The translations under genes and the position numbers were made by a program. A DNA stretch of 64,000 bases, taken from the NCBI RefSeq assembly GCF_963921235.1, contig NC_086097.1, positions 217,746,001 through 217,810,000 of the forward strand, read 5' to 3'. The stretch comes from Mobula hypostoma. Lineage: Eukaryota. Positions 50,644 through 63,782 of the stretch are shown in pieces (position 1 is the first letter of the stretch; every line of letters begins with the position of its first letter). The notes under the pieces were generated by a model, which was not told the DNA's origin, did no database searches, and saw nothing but the letters and a program-made list of their open reading frames with translations.

Positions 50644-51167
50644 TGTTTGGCCTCTAGATGTGCAGTTAACTTTGTATGAACATCACTTCCTATATGTAAG
50701 CTGTTTTTTTTTTAATCATGATTTCCTGGGTGGGTTAGTTTTGATTCAATTATAAGAATGGTGGAAAGACACACATTTCCACCCACACTTTACTTGCCCT
50801 TAAAAAAATAAGTATCTGTGGGTCTTAAGTTCTTGTTAATATTGGTAAACATTTAGTGGATATATTTTGAAGGCAGTATTTGTTGTAGTTCCATGAGTTT
50901 GTTCTTGTTTATGTAGCATTTTCATGGAGTGTTGAGTATGCATATTACCTTGCTTATCACTAATGGTAAGTATTATATATAACAGTATTAGTATATTCAG
51001 GTGCTCAGCGATCCTCTATTGAATTTAATATTTTACTTAATTCTCTGCAGTTTTACAGTAAAGATATCTCATTAAAAGCCCTGAAGAAAGCTTCCATCTC
51101 AGATAATTTTTGAGAAATTATTTAGCTCATTGCACAGCTGTGTTGATATGAAAGTGAGGGCAGTAGA
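50644..51167 (+). repeat. BEL/Pao 5' LTR
   Basis: TGTTTGGCCTCTAGA...AGGGCAGTAGA, alignable along its length with 58470-59003. Confidence 0.88.
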
Positions 51168-52224
51168 GTGAAAACATAGCTCACCTTCAAAGACATTGCC
51201 TGTGGACTGGAAATGCAATAGAACGCCGTAGTTGATAATGTCATCTACTGACTTGAGCAATGTTGATCACCAAGACCTGAAAATCAGGTCAGAATGTGGT
51301 TCATCTATTGCATCTTCATGATGCTCAAATGAAAGCACAATTAGCATAGTTGCAGCACAAGCTAGTGCCAAAGCTGAAGCAGCAAGAATGAGAGAAGCGT
51401 ATGCTAAGCGTGAAGTTGAGGTGCAAATGGAGAAAGCATGTATAGACATGGAGAACATTTGCATAGACATAGAGAAATCACATATAGACATGGAGAGAGT
51501 ACGTATAGAGGCTACATTAAGTGCACTTAAGGAAGAGTGTGAAGCTGAGGCTGCCGCAACAGGAAGCAGCAACTTGGACAGTTGGGAGTCTACAACCGGA
51601 ATCAGTCATGCTTTGCTATCACAACAGCCAATGCATCTTACTAAGGAATATGCCAAAATGCATTTTGCTATAAAAAGAAGTGCTTCAGCTCCACACCACT
51701 CAGCCAACATGTCTTTCACATAGTCCAGGGATTGTAAACCATAGTCTACACCAGCAAAGACTTCCTTCCACAGTTCCACCATAACAAAGACCCCAGTCAA
51801 GAGTTGCTACTGATGCCAATCTCATCTGCACAGACATGGACAGACTGAAATTCATCCATCCCAGGAAATACATTTGGCAAACCAGTGTCCACAATGCTCT
51901 CATAAAGGAGCTGCAAGTGCATTAGATTTGCCTTGGTATCTGGCTTGTTCAGAACTAGTCATAGCAAGACTAAAAATGTTGAACAACCTATATGCCAGAT
52001 ATCTGTCATAGAAGTCAAGCTTTCGCAATGTTGTAGAATTACGAAGTTTCAAACCTAGAGAAGAGCTTTTCTGTTAGAGTCTTGGTGGTGAGTCACTGCA
52101 ACACACAAGATGAATTAGAGCAGTTCACAGTGATAATCTAACTACGGGTTTACAAATGCCATGGTAGATGCTGGACAAATGCTATGGCTCTCCAGAGGCA
52201 ATCAAAGAATCTCTCTTCAGTAAC

Positions 52225-54364
52225 AATTGCAAATATTATTCTGCAACTTAAGAAGGGTGGGAGGCAGCAGAAAGGAAACTATAGACCTGTCAGCCTTACA
52301 ACAGTGGTTGGGAAGTTGTTGGGATCGATTGTTAAGGATGAGATTACGGAGTAGCTGTAAGCACATGACAAGATAGGCCAAAGCCAGCGGGGTTTCCTGA
52401 ATGGAAAATCCTGCCCGACTAACCTACTACAATTTTTTGAGGAAATTACAAGCAGGGTAGACAAAGGAGATGCAGTAGATGTGGTGTACTTGGATTTTCA
52501 GAAGGCTTTTGACAAGGTGCTGCACATGACGCTGCTTAGTGAGATAACAGCTAACGGAATTACAGGGGAGTTACTAGCAGAATCAGAATTATTATCACTG
52601 GCATGTGAAGTGAAACTTAGCAGCAGCAGTTCAATGCAATACATAATCTAGCAGAGAGAGAGAAAAAATAATAAATGAAATAGAACATAATAATAAATAA
52701 ACAAGTAAATCAATTATGTATATTGAATAGATTATTTAAAATGTGCAAAAATAGAAATACTGTATATTAAAAAAGTGAGGTAGTGTCCAAAGATTCAAAG
52801 TCCATTCAGGAATTGGATGGCAGAGAGGAAGAAGCTGTTCCTGAATCTCTGAGTGTGTGCCTTAAGGCTTCTGTATCTCCTACCTGATGGTAACAGTGAG
52901 AAAAGGGCATGCCCTGGGTGCTGGAGGTCTTTAATAATGGATGCTGCCTTTCTGAGACACCGCTCCCTAAAGATGTCCTGGGTACTTTCTAGGTTAGTAC
53001 CCAAGATGGAGCTGACTAGATTTACAACCTTCTGCAGCTTCTTTCGGTCCTGTGCAGTAGCCCCTCTATACCAGACAGTGATGCAGCCTGTCAGAATGCT
53101 CTCCACGGTACAACTATAGAAGTTTTTGAGTGTATTTGTTGACATGCCAAATCACTTCAAACTCCTAATAAAGTATAGCTGCTGTCTTGCCTTCTTTATG
53201 ACTACATCAATGTGTTGGGACCAGGTTAGATCCTCAGAGATCTTGACACCCAGGAACTTGAAGCTGCTGGGTGGAGCACTGGCTGATCGGCAGAAAACAG
53301 AGAGTGGGAATAAAGGGATCCTTTTCTGGTTGGCTGCTGGTTACGAGAGTTCCACAGGGGTTGGTGTCGGGACCGCTGCTTTTTATGATGTATGTCAATG
53401 ATTCGGACTATAGGATTAATGGATTTGTGCCCAAATTTGCCGATGATACAAAGATAGGTGGAGGAGTGGGTAGTGTTGAGGAAATAGAGAGGCTGCAGAG
53501 AGACTTAGATAGTTCAGGGGAATGGGCAAAGAAGTGGCAAATTAATACAATGTTGGAAAGTGTATGGTCATGCACTTTGGTGGAAGAAATAAATGGGCAG
53601 ACTATTATTTAGATGGGGAGAGAACTCAAGATGCAGAAATGCAAAGGGACTCGGGAATCCTTGCGCAGGATACACTAAAGATTAACCTCCAGATTGAGTC
53701 GGTGGTGAAGAAGGCGAAAGAAATGTTGGCATTCATTTCTAGAGGTATAGAATATAAGAGCAGGGATATGATGTTGAGGCTCTATAACGTACTCGTGAGA
53801 CCACACTTGAAGTATTGTGTGCAGTTTTGGGCTCCTTAGTTTAGAAAGGATATACTGACATTGGAGAGGGTTCAGAGAAGATTCATGAGAATAATTCCAG
53901 GATTGAAAGGGTTACCACATGAGGAATGTCTGGCATCTCTTGGGCTGTATTCCTTGGGGGGGGGGGGCAGGAATCTCATAGAAACATTCCGAATATTAAA
54001 AGGCCTGAGCAGATTAGATATGACAAAGTTATTTCCCATGGTAGGGGAGTCTAGGACAAGATGGCATGACTTCAGGATTTACAGATATCCATTTAGAACC
54101 GAGATGCGGAGAAATTACTTTAGTCAGAAGTTGGTAAATCTGTGGAATTTGTTGCCATGAGCGGCTGTGGAGGCCAAGTCGTTGGGTGCATTTAAGGCAG
54201 GGATAGATAGGTTCTTGATTAGCCAAGGCATCAAAGGGTTTGGGGAGAAGGCAAGGGAGTGCGGATGACTGGAAGAATTGGATCAGCCCATGATTGAATG
54301 GCGGAGCAGACTCAATGGGCCGAATGGCCTACTTCGCCCCCTATATCTTACAGTTTTATGGTCT
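52225..54364 (+). mobile_element. CR1 fragment inserted in BEL gag
   Basis: NYRPVSL, DFQKAFD, FADD and a 3' tail. TAAC at both junctions (52221-52224, 54365-54368). Confidence 0.9.
52578..53267 (-). mobile_element. Rex1/Babar-like 3' fragment inserted in the CR1
   Basis: ORF 52795-53145 (FYSCTVESILTGCITVWY...RNSFF). Removing it restores the CR1 reading GITGELLA|WVEHWL. Confidence 0.9.
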
Positions 54365-55398
54365 TAACTTGATAATTTTTCCAAAGCTCTCACACAAAGA
54401 ACTGCAGAAGTTACAGGAACTCACAGACCTGTTGTTAGAACTACAAGTTGCAAACAAACAAAGGTTACCCACTAGGTCTGAGTTACAGCAAAAGGAATAA
54501 ATCTTTTTCTGTAACTCAGAAACTATCGAGCAGGTAGTGGAGAAACTATTGAGCAATTTTCAAGAACAGTGGATAACTGAACGTTTTGGGTATAAAACGA
54601 AGCATCATGCTCCCTATCTTCCATTTTCAATCTTTGAGGAATTTGTCTGCTGCCATGCAGAAATGCGAAATTACCCTCGTTTTATATTCTCAACTTCCCG
54701 TAACAGATTATTCAAAATGAGGTCTCGAACGAAATATTGGAAAACCAGAACCCCAATCATGGTCAAACTGAATGAGAAAACTTATGAACCCCAATAGACA
54801 ATACCCTGTCCTGAAGAAACCTCACCCTTTAAGGAAATGCAAAGGATTCAGAGAAAACCCGCTTGCAGACCGGAGACACTTTCTAAAGGAGCATTCAATA
54901 TGTTTCAAATATTGTAATTCAACAGCACACTAAGCAAAAGACTGTCAACCTATCATACACTGCACTGAGTGCAACAGTGACCAGCACTTCATTCAAGGCC
55001 AGCACTTTGGGCTGTTACTGATTCCAGCACACCCACAGTAGATTATCAAGTGAGCATCTGTCAGATGTAGCTACTTCCTCATGCACACAGGTATGATGGA
55101 AAGGCTTCCAAGGCAAATCCTGAGCAAAAATAAAGGCATATGTGCTATTAGAATATCAGAGCAATGTTTCATCGGCAAAATCAACATTCTTTGACATATT
55201 CAGCATTGAAAGTTCTCTAAGACATGTTCTGGAACAACAGAGATTGCTGGAAGAACCACCAGTAGATTTGTTGAGAATCTGGAGTATCACATGAGAATTC
55301 AGGTACTTGTTAAGTATGCCTCATCGGCTGTGGACATACACGGCCTTAAGAGGACAGCCATGAATGGGCAAAAAGATTTCAAGACCAAAGCATGAAGG

Positions 55399-56736
55399 TG
55401 TTGTGGTAGTTAATAGTGTTATTCCTGTGCCACTCAGTTAGCCACTCCCACATGGAGTACAAGCAGGGTTGTCAATAAAGTTCAGTTGAGTATCCTGCAT
55501 GCTGGTGTCCTGGTGTGCTTTGACTATCTCTCAATAACGAAAACAACATGGTGCCAGAAGTGGTTGATCACTGATGAATTGGCGCTACAGACCAAGTGAG
55601 ATCCCCAACAAGAAAGAATTTACAGAACACTGTTCTTGTTCATGTATATATATATCTAAGAAAAATATCCGGAGACTTATCAACCTAAATGGCTTATGCT
55701 GTTTGCTAATTGTATGCACCTTGAGGCAGGAGGTGTGAAAGGGCCAGGGTTGCTAAGCAATGCCTTCAAACTACACCCAAAAGTAGATAAATTGTAATAA
55801 TCTGAGGGCCACTTGCCTGAGGAAGTACACAGCGGCACAGACGCAGCTAAGAAGTCAGAGATGTCAAACTCTCAGGAAAAGTTTTGTAGTCAAAAGAAAA
55901 GATGACTTTTGTAGCCAAAATAAATAAAATAATAAACAAATAAACAGGAAAATGGAGCAAATACCTGCAGTACATACATCTACTTATATAATAAAGCCCC
56001 CCAAGACAATTGATTTCTCTAAACTAGGGGTCTTTGAGAAATGGGTCAGATAGTTTGAGAGATTTACGGTTTCAAGCAATCTCACTCAAGCTTCAAAGGT
56101 TAATTTTATTGTCAAAGTATGCATGTACAATACAACTCTGATATTTGTCTTCAGAAGAGCATCAAGTAAGGACACTGACATAAGACCATAAGACATAAGA
56201 GTAGAATTGGGCCATTTGGCCCATCGAGTCTGCTCTGCCATTTAATCCCTTTTTTCTCCCCCTCGACCCCACTTCCCAGCCTTCTCCCCGTAACCTTTGA
56301 TGCCGTGTCCAATCAAGAACCTATCCATCTCTGCCTAAAGTGCACCCAATGACCTGGCCTCCACAGCTGTATGTGGCAACAATTTCCACAAATTCACCAC
56401 CCCTTGGCTAAAGAAATTTCTCTGCATTTCTGTTTTGAAAAGGCACCCCTCTATCCTGAGGCTGTGCCCTCTTGTTCCTGACTCTACCACCATGGGAAAC
56501 ATCCTTCCCACATCTACTGTCTAGGCCTTTCAACATTTGAAAGGTTTCAATGAGATCCCCCTTTTCCTTTCAAGAAGGGGAGATCTAGTGATAGCTAATA
56601 TGCCATTCAGTTAGCCACCCCACATGGGAGGAGTTCACATACTGTACAAGCAGAGTTGTCAATAAAGTTCAGTTGAGTATCCTGCATGCCGCTGTCCTGC
56701 TGTGCTTCGTAATATCTCTCAATAATGAATACAACA
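55399..56736 (+). mobile_element. Small non-autonomous Gypsy-derived LTR element (TRIM-like) nested in the BEL element
   Basis: LTRs at 55399-55548 (TGTTGT...ACAACA) and 56584-56736, PBS TGGTGCCAGAAGTGG (55549-55563), PPT AAGAAGGGGAGA (56572-56583), near-TSD GAAGG/GAAAG, and a gag N-terminal remnant IDFSKLGVFEKWVR*FERF near 56010-56065. Confidence 0.8.
56178..56561 (-). mobile_element. CR1 3' fragment inside the TRIM-like element
   Basis: cataagaccataagacataagagtagaattgggccatttggcccatcgag..., same family as 5511-6700. Confidence 0.88.
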
Positions 56737-58469
56737 GAAAGTACATAAAAAGGCATTTCTATGTTGATGATGATCTTAAATAATTTTCTATTGCAGAAAA
56801 AGCAGTCAGGTGCTGAAAGCAGCACAAGACATGTTGGCGCAGTCTAATCTCAGACGACATAAGATTGCATCCAACGGTGCTGAGGTCATGCAAATTTCAG
56901 ATCTGAAGATTTGGCCAAAGGTCTACAAAATCTTGATCTTGGACAGGCCCTCCCTCCTGTGCAGCACAGTCTGAGCTTTGGATGGGACCTCATTACCGAC
57001 ACCTCAGTTGCTGATACCAAAAGATACTTTTACACATTGTGGGCAATCACCATTGACTATCAACATTCAATCTAACCCTTTTGGATTTGTTGTTCCAGTC
57101 AGTAACCAGGGACACTTAAGAGAGTTGACCTCATATACTTGTGGATGTGATGTTCCACTCCTAGAAGAGACACATAAGCATTGTTTTTCCCTTCAGGATA
57201 TTAATAGCTTGGAAATTCCAAGTTGCACTATCTATAGCCTAAAAGAAAGAGCTCTGCATCTTCTGTGATGCATCAACTAAAGCTGCTGTTGCATAGTTGA
57301 AGTCACAGACACTGCTGGATATAATGGTTGGATTCATCACAGACAAGGCAAAGCTTTCTCCCAAACCAGATCTCATCATACCAAGGTCTAAACTCAGTGC
57401 GGCTGTTCTAGCAGTTGAGGTGGCAGAGATGATAACCAAAGAGTTGGATTAGATGATATCAAGTTATTTACCAGCAGCAAGGTTGTTCTCGGTTATATAC
57501 TTAATGAAACAAGGAAATTCTATGTTTATGTACAATATATAAGAGGATCCAGCATGTCAGCCGATCATCCCAGAAGAGCCAATGGAACTATGATCCTACT
57601 GATCTCAACCCAGCAGATCATGTCACAAGAGGGCTCCAAGCTAATTAGCTCATCCTTTCCTCAAGGTTAACTGGCCTGGCATTTCTTGCTGATCCCCAAC
57701 AGGAACACATTCAGCAGGAAACTTTAGACTTAACCAACCCTAAGGCAGATGTAGAAATGTGTCCTCAAATATTGACCAACATCACTCATTTATCGCCGCC
57801 CCAACTTGTCAGTGCATGTGTTGAACATTTTTTAAGCTGGAAGTCACTTCTAGGGCGATTGCCCAGCTTTTATATATTGCTTATTCCTTTACAGAAGTAG
57901 CCAAAGACAGTCTTTGCAATGACTGGCACAACTGTGGGCAACCTCTCAGTGCAGAGCAACTGAATTGGGCAAAGGTTAGAATCCTTCCTGTTGTTCAATG
58001 ACAGGTTTATGCAGAAGAAGTGCAGTGCATCACACATTAGGAATCTCTCCCAAGATAAAGATCCTCTAGTGAACTGTCCCTTTCTTGATTCTGAGAGGCT
58101 ACTGTGAGTTGGAAGATGTATTAAAAGTTACAACTCAAGTCAGTGGAAACTTGCTCAATCGTCATTCTGGGTGGGCATCATGTCACTTTCCTACTCATTA
58201 GACATTACCATGAGCAAATACGTCATCAAAGCCGGCATTTTTGAAGTGATAATGGTAAGAAGGTAAGACTGTATTCAAGATCAATCTATGAGGCTATCCT
58301 TCTTTTGCCAAAGAGTTAGTGAAAATATCACTTGACTTTTAGTGTCAATGGAAACTAAGTCTCAGGGTTGTGTATATATATATATATATAGTGACATACA
58401 TGTACTTTGATTGAATATACTTTAAACTTTGACCTTAAGTTTGACATTTTATGGATGTCATTCAGGGAG

Positions 58470-59003
58470 TGTTCTGGCCTCTAGAGGTGCAGTTCATTTT
58501 GTATGAACATCACTTCCTACACATAAGCTGTTTTTTTTAACATCATATCTTGCATGGGTTAGTTTGGATTCGTTTTGAAGCATGATGGAAAGACACACAT
58601 CTTCAACCACAATTTGCATTTGAAACAGCAATATCTGAGAGTCTAAAGTTTGTAATTAATATTGGTAAACATTTAGTAGATCAAATTTGAAGGAAGTATT
58701 ATGTTTGAGTTTATCATTGCACCACGAGTTTGCTCTTGTTTACATGGCATAATTATGGAGTGTTGTGTATGTGTACTATCTTGGTTAACACCAGTTGTGA
58801 GAATCATCAACAGTATTAGTTTATATTCAGGCACTCAGAAATTGTGTATTGAATTTAATGCGCATTTTACTTAACTCTCTGCAGTTTTGCAGTGAAGATA
58901 TTTCATTAAAATGCCTGAAGAAAGCATCCATCTCAGGAGTTTCATTGAGAAATTGTTTAGCTCGCTGCATAGCTGTGTAAATATGCACAGTAAGGGCAGT
59001 AGA
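58470..59003 (+). repeat. BEL/Pao 3' LTR
   Basis: TGTTCTGGCCTCTAGA...AGGGCAGTAGA, preceded by a short purine tract AGGGAG. Confidence 0.88.
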
Positions 59004-59864
59004 GTTATATAACTTCATTGCCACATAATAGAAGACCGTAGACACTTGATAAAACTAATGATATTGTTAGTGTATATATATTAGAGTTTTTACTTAAATA
59101 AACTACAACCTAAAACGAGCAAAGTTTATTGTTTTGGATTAATAAACCCTTGCATTGATTCCAACCAGAGGAATTCTATTACCAGGATTTAATAAATTGT
59201 AACATGTGATGCTGTATGCAATATGATGCAATATGAGCAGTTGTTTACTGTACAGACAACATGCAAATCATCAATACAGGTGTAAGAAACCTTCTATCAC
59301 CCCACTGTGTAAATTCTTAGCTCATCTCCCCCTACCATAAGCATAGTGATATCTCCACTGTTCACATTCTCTCTGCTTCCTGTATTTTCTGTAATAATTT
59401 ACTCCAGGCGTAGGCGTTACACCTGACAAGGTCAAAGTACAACATTAAATTACTTAAAAATACTAAATATACAAAACTGATCAAAGTAACAACAACCCTT
59501 TGCAAAAAACAGGAATTACATCAATTCAGAGTGGAACAGATACTTCTCTCCTCCTCAAAATAGAAAAGTGGGCCATAAATGACTGAAAACAGCTCCCACC
59601 ATCACTCAAAAATCTCCATGCACCAAAGGAGCATGATGTTATTTTTAGCTTGAGGAATAAACTTTCACTTGAATATAAAAAAAGACACTATCTACCCCTG
59701 CCTCTCTTAACAAACTAGTTCCATGAATTAAAAAAAATCATGATGCCCCACACACTCCATTTAATGATACCCAGATCATTTCACTGTTTATCAACATTCT
59801 ATCCCATTATCCTAAATCTTCTCTTTGTCAATCTGTTTCCCTGTCTTTACTCCTCCCTCTCCAT

Positions 59865-60680
59865 CCAACAAACTGGCACTCAATGTCAGTAAGACAAAAG
59901 AGCTAATTGCGTACTTCAGGAAGTGTAAGATGAAGGAACACATACTAATCCTCATAGAGGGATCAGAAGTGGAGAGAGTGAGCAGCTTCACGTTCCTGGG
60001 TGTCAAGATCTCTGAGGATCTAACCTGGTCCCAACATATTGATGTAGTCATAAACAAGGCAAGACAGCAGCTATACTTTATTAGCAGTTTGAAGAGATTT
60101 GGCATGTCAACAAATACACTCAAAAACTTCCAGAGTTGTACTGTGGAGAGCATTCTGACAGGCTGCATCATTGTCCGGTATGGAGGGGCTACTGTACAGG
60201 ACCAAAAGAAGCTGCAGAAGGTTGTAAATCTAGTCGGCTCCCTCTTGGGCACTGGCCTACAAAGTACCCAGGACATCTTTAGGGAGCGGTGTCTCAGAAA
60301 GGCAGCATCTATTAATAAGGACCTCCAGCACCCAGGGCATGCCCTTTTCTCACTGTTACTATCAGGTGGGAGATATAGAAGCCTGAAGCCTCAGCGATTC
60401 AGGAACAGCTTCTTCCCCTCTGCCATCCGATTCCTAAATGGACATTGAAGCTTTGGACACTACCTCACTTTCTTTTAAAACATACGGTATTTCTGTTTTT
60501 GCACATTTTTTTTAAAAGTCTATTCAATATATGCAATTGATTTACTTGTGTATTTATTATGTTTCATTTTATTTATTTTTTTTTCTCTCTCCACTAGATT
60601 ATGTATTGCATTGAACGACTGCTGCTAAGTTAACAAATTTCACTTCACATGCCAGTGATAATAAACCTGATTCTGATTCT
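59865..60680 (+). mobile_element. Rex1/Babar-like LINE 3' fragment
   Basis: ORF 59825-60448 (LNVSKTKEL, FTFLGVKIS, RNSFFPSAIR), then aataaacctgattctgattct tail. Confidence 0.9.
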
Positions 60681-61414
60681 TTTTACCACATGATTCCAAT
60701 CTAAATGTTAATTTTCCGTCACATTCACTTTCCCCATTCACGAACCCTGCCTGCAATGCTGCTAGATCTGAAAGCTGCATACGATGCCAATTAATTAATC
60801 TAGAACAAGAATACTGAATTGCTTGTATCCTCGTTACCCAATGCCAAGTCAAAATTCTGAACCCTTCACATAGTACATTGCAACCTTTAATTTGTTTCAC
60901 TTCCATCGCTCTGATTTTGTTAGTTCTCACTGAGTGAGGCTTATATACAAACTTTAAGACAGACTTGTTACTCAGAAAATAAAAGGTTCATGTCATCAAT
61001 AAGTTATTTTTAGAAAATAGTTAATATACACACTAAGACCTTGAACCATAGCTAAATGAAGTCACAACAGATTCTAAACTATTGATTCTCATTTTATACC
61101 TTTTACTACATCAGATTCTGTGCATTTAAATATGAAATAGCCCACAAACATTGTGAGTAGACTACCAGCTTCTATTTACCGAGTAACAGACTGAACAAAG
61201 GAAGCATTACTTTTAGGGGATCTACAGATGAAGCCAAATAAAACTATATATAAAGTAGTACTAATGTGTGATGGGAAGCACAAATAAAAATGAAGGGAGA
61301 ACATGTGGACAGTAACTCCAAGTGAGATCAGCTGACATACAGTAGCTGAGAGGCAATGAAGACTGTGTTTTAGAATGTGCCAGTGTCTAGAATGGCTTTG
61401 GCTCCTCAGGCTAA

Positions 61415-63166
61415 ATGTAGCGAGGTAGTGATGGAGGACAAGGAAATGGCAAATAAACTGAATAAGTATTTTGCAACAGTCTTCACTGTAGAATATACTA
61501 GTAGTATGGTGGACGTTCCAGTTGACAGGGGTAATGAAGTGTGTGAAGTTACCATTACTAGGGAGAAGGTACTTAGGAAACTGAAAGGTCTGAAGGTAGA
61601 TAAGTCACCTGGACCAGATGGTGTACAACCCAAGATTCTGAAAGAGGTGCTGAAGAGATTGTGGAGGCCTTAGAAATTATCTTTCAAGAATCACTAGATT
61701 CTGGAATGGCTTTCTAAGACTGGAAAATTGCAAATATCACCCACTGTTCAAGAAGGGAGAGAGATAGAAGAAAGGAAATTATAGGTCAGTTATTCTGACC
61801 TCAGTGGTTGGGAATACGTTGGAGTTAATTGTTAAGGGTGTGGTTTTGTACTTGGAGGCATATGATAAAATAGGCATAGTCAGTATGGTTTCCTCAAGGA
61901 AGAATCTTGCCTGACAAATATGTTGGAATTATTTGAAGAAATAACAAAGGAGAAGGAGAATAAAGGATAGACAAAGGAGAATCAGTTGATGCTGTGTACT
62001 TGGATTTTCAGAAGGCCTTTGACAAGGTGCCACACATGAGGCTGCTTGACAAGCTACTAGCCCATGGTATTAAAGGAATGATTCTAGCGTGGATAGAGCA
62101 TTGGCTGATTGGCAGGAGGCAAAAACTGGGAACTAAAAGAGCCTTTTCTGCTTGGCTGCCGGTGATTAGTGGTGCGCCACAGGGGTCTGTGTTGGGATCG
62201 ATACATTTTATGTTATGTGTCAATGATTTGGATGATAGAATTGATGGCTTTGTTGCATAGTTTGCAGATGATACAAATCTTAGGTAGAGGGACAGGTAGC
62301 CTTGAAGAAGTAGAGAGACTACAGAAGGACTTAAGCAGATTAGGAGAGTGGGCAAAGAAGTAGCTGATAGAATACAGTGTCAGGAAGTGTATAGTCATAC
62401 ACTTTGGTAGAAGAAATGAAAGGGTGGTCTATTTTTTAAATGGAGAGAAAATACAAAATTCTGAGCTGCAAAGGGATTTGGGAGTTCTTGTGCAAGATTC
62501 CCTAAAGGTTAATTTGCAGGTTGAGTCTGTGGTGAGGAAGGCAAATGCAATTTTAGCATTCTTTTCAAGAGGACTGGAATATAGAAGCAAGGATATAACG
62601 TTGAGACTTTATAAAGCACTAGTGAGTCCTCACTTGGAGTACTGTGAACAGTTTTGGGCCCCTTATCTTTGAAAGGATGTGCTGAAACTGGAGGCAGTTC
62701 AAATGAGGTTTGAACAGCTTGTCATAGGAAGAGCATTTGATGGCTCTGGGCCTGTATTCACTCGAGTTCAGAAGAATGAGAGGTGACCTCATTGAAGTCT
62801 ATCGAAGGTGGAAGTCCTTGATAGAGCAGATGTGGAGAGGATGTTTCCTGTGGTCAGACAGTCTAAGACCAGAGGATACATCTTCAGAATAGAGGGGCAT
62901 CCTTTTAGAATGGAGATAAGGAGTAATTTGTTTAGCTAGAGAGTGTTGAATCTGTGGAATTCTTTGCCACAGACTGCTGTGGAGGTCAAGTCTTTATGCA
63001 TATTTAAGACAGAGGCGGATAGATTCTTGATTGGTCAGAGCATGAAAGAATATGGAGGGAAGTAGGAGATTGGGGTTGAGAGGGAAAATGGATCAAGCAT
63101 GAAGAAATGGCAGAGCAGACTCAGTGGGCCAAATGGACTAATTCTGCTCTTATATCTTATGGTCTA
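61415..63166 (+). mobile_element. Degenerate CR1 (RT to 3' end)
   Basis: [37 protein letters not shown], tail tcttatggtct. Confidence 0.9.
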
Positions 63167-63782
63167 ACTTTCTACATTGATATTATTATTTATTTAATGG
63201 AAATGCTCACTGTCTCATCCAGTGAACAACATGGAATATATTTTACTGCTATAAATCCAAAGACTTTACATTCTTCAAAGTCTTGTTGCAGAAAATGTAC
63301 TTTTTCCAACTATAAGAAGAATTGCTTTCAATAAAAATATAAATAAAGCTTCAATATCATACAGGGATGCCGATTTACCATAAATTAACACCCCAGTAGC
63401 ATTCTGGAATACATCAAAGGTTCATTTATTATCAAAGTATACAACTCTGAAATTCTTCTTCCGTATACCATAACAAATATACCATCAACCATATACTATC
63501 TATTTTCTCTGAGCAAAGCAGTAAAAGAAAGATCACAATTAAGCACTCAGTTCGGAGTCTCAAGGATGGCAAAAGTAGTAAATACCAATGTCTTCTAATT
63601 TATTGTCATAAAGTAACTTTTGTCTCCAGTACTTCAAATTTAAGTAGAATTGGTTGTTCAATTTATCATGGAATGATGCTAGCAATAATTTTGGAATGCT
63701 CACAATGAAGAAGACAGGGTCATTTTGTTATCAAATTAATTTCAATATGTTTGCTGTTAACTTAGTTATACCAGAAATAAAA

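Larger units (their letters stand above)
50644..59003 (+). mobile_element. Degenerate BEL/Pao LTR retrotransposon, both LTRs present
   Basis: LTRs at 50644-51167 and 58470-59003, with 5-bp TSD GTTAT (50639-50643, 59004-59008). Remnants of gag (GSPEAIKESLF|LDNFPKLSHKELQKLQELTDLLLEL; PFSIFEEFV; Cys/His knuckles near 54800-54990), protease (near 55130-55200), Pao-type RNase H (ELCIFCDAS, KAKLSP, NPADHVTRG at 57240-57640) and integrase start (LLIRHYHEQ near 58200). Confidence 0.88.

Noticed and set aside
51388..51723. Coiled-coil ORF that could look like a host or domesticated gene
   Set aside because: It lies just after the BEL 5' LTR and is flanked by stops, so it is the degenerate gag N-terminus.
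60640..60930. Minus-strand ORF considered as the upstream PPP1R42 exon
   Set aside because: No LxxLxLxxN pattern or matching splice sites, and it runs into a Rex tail.
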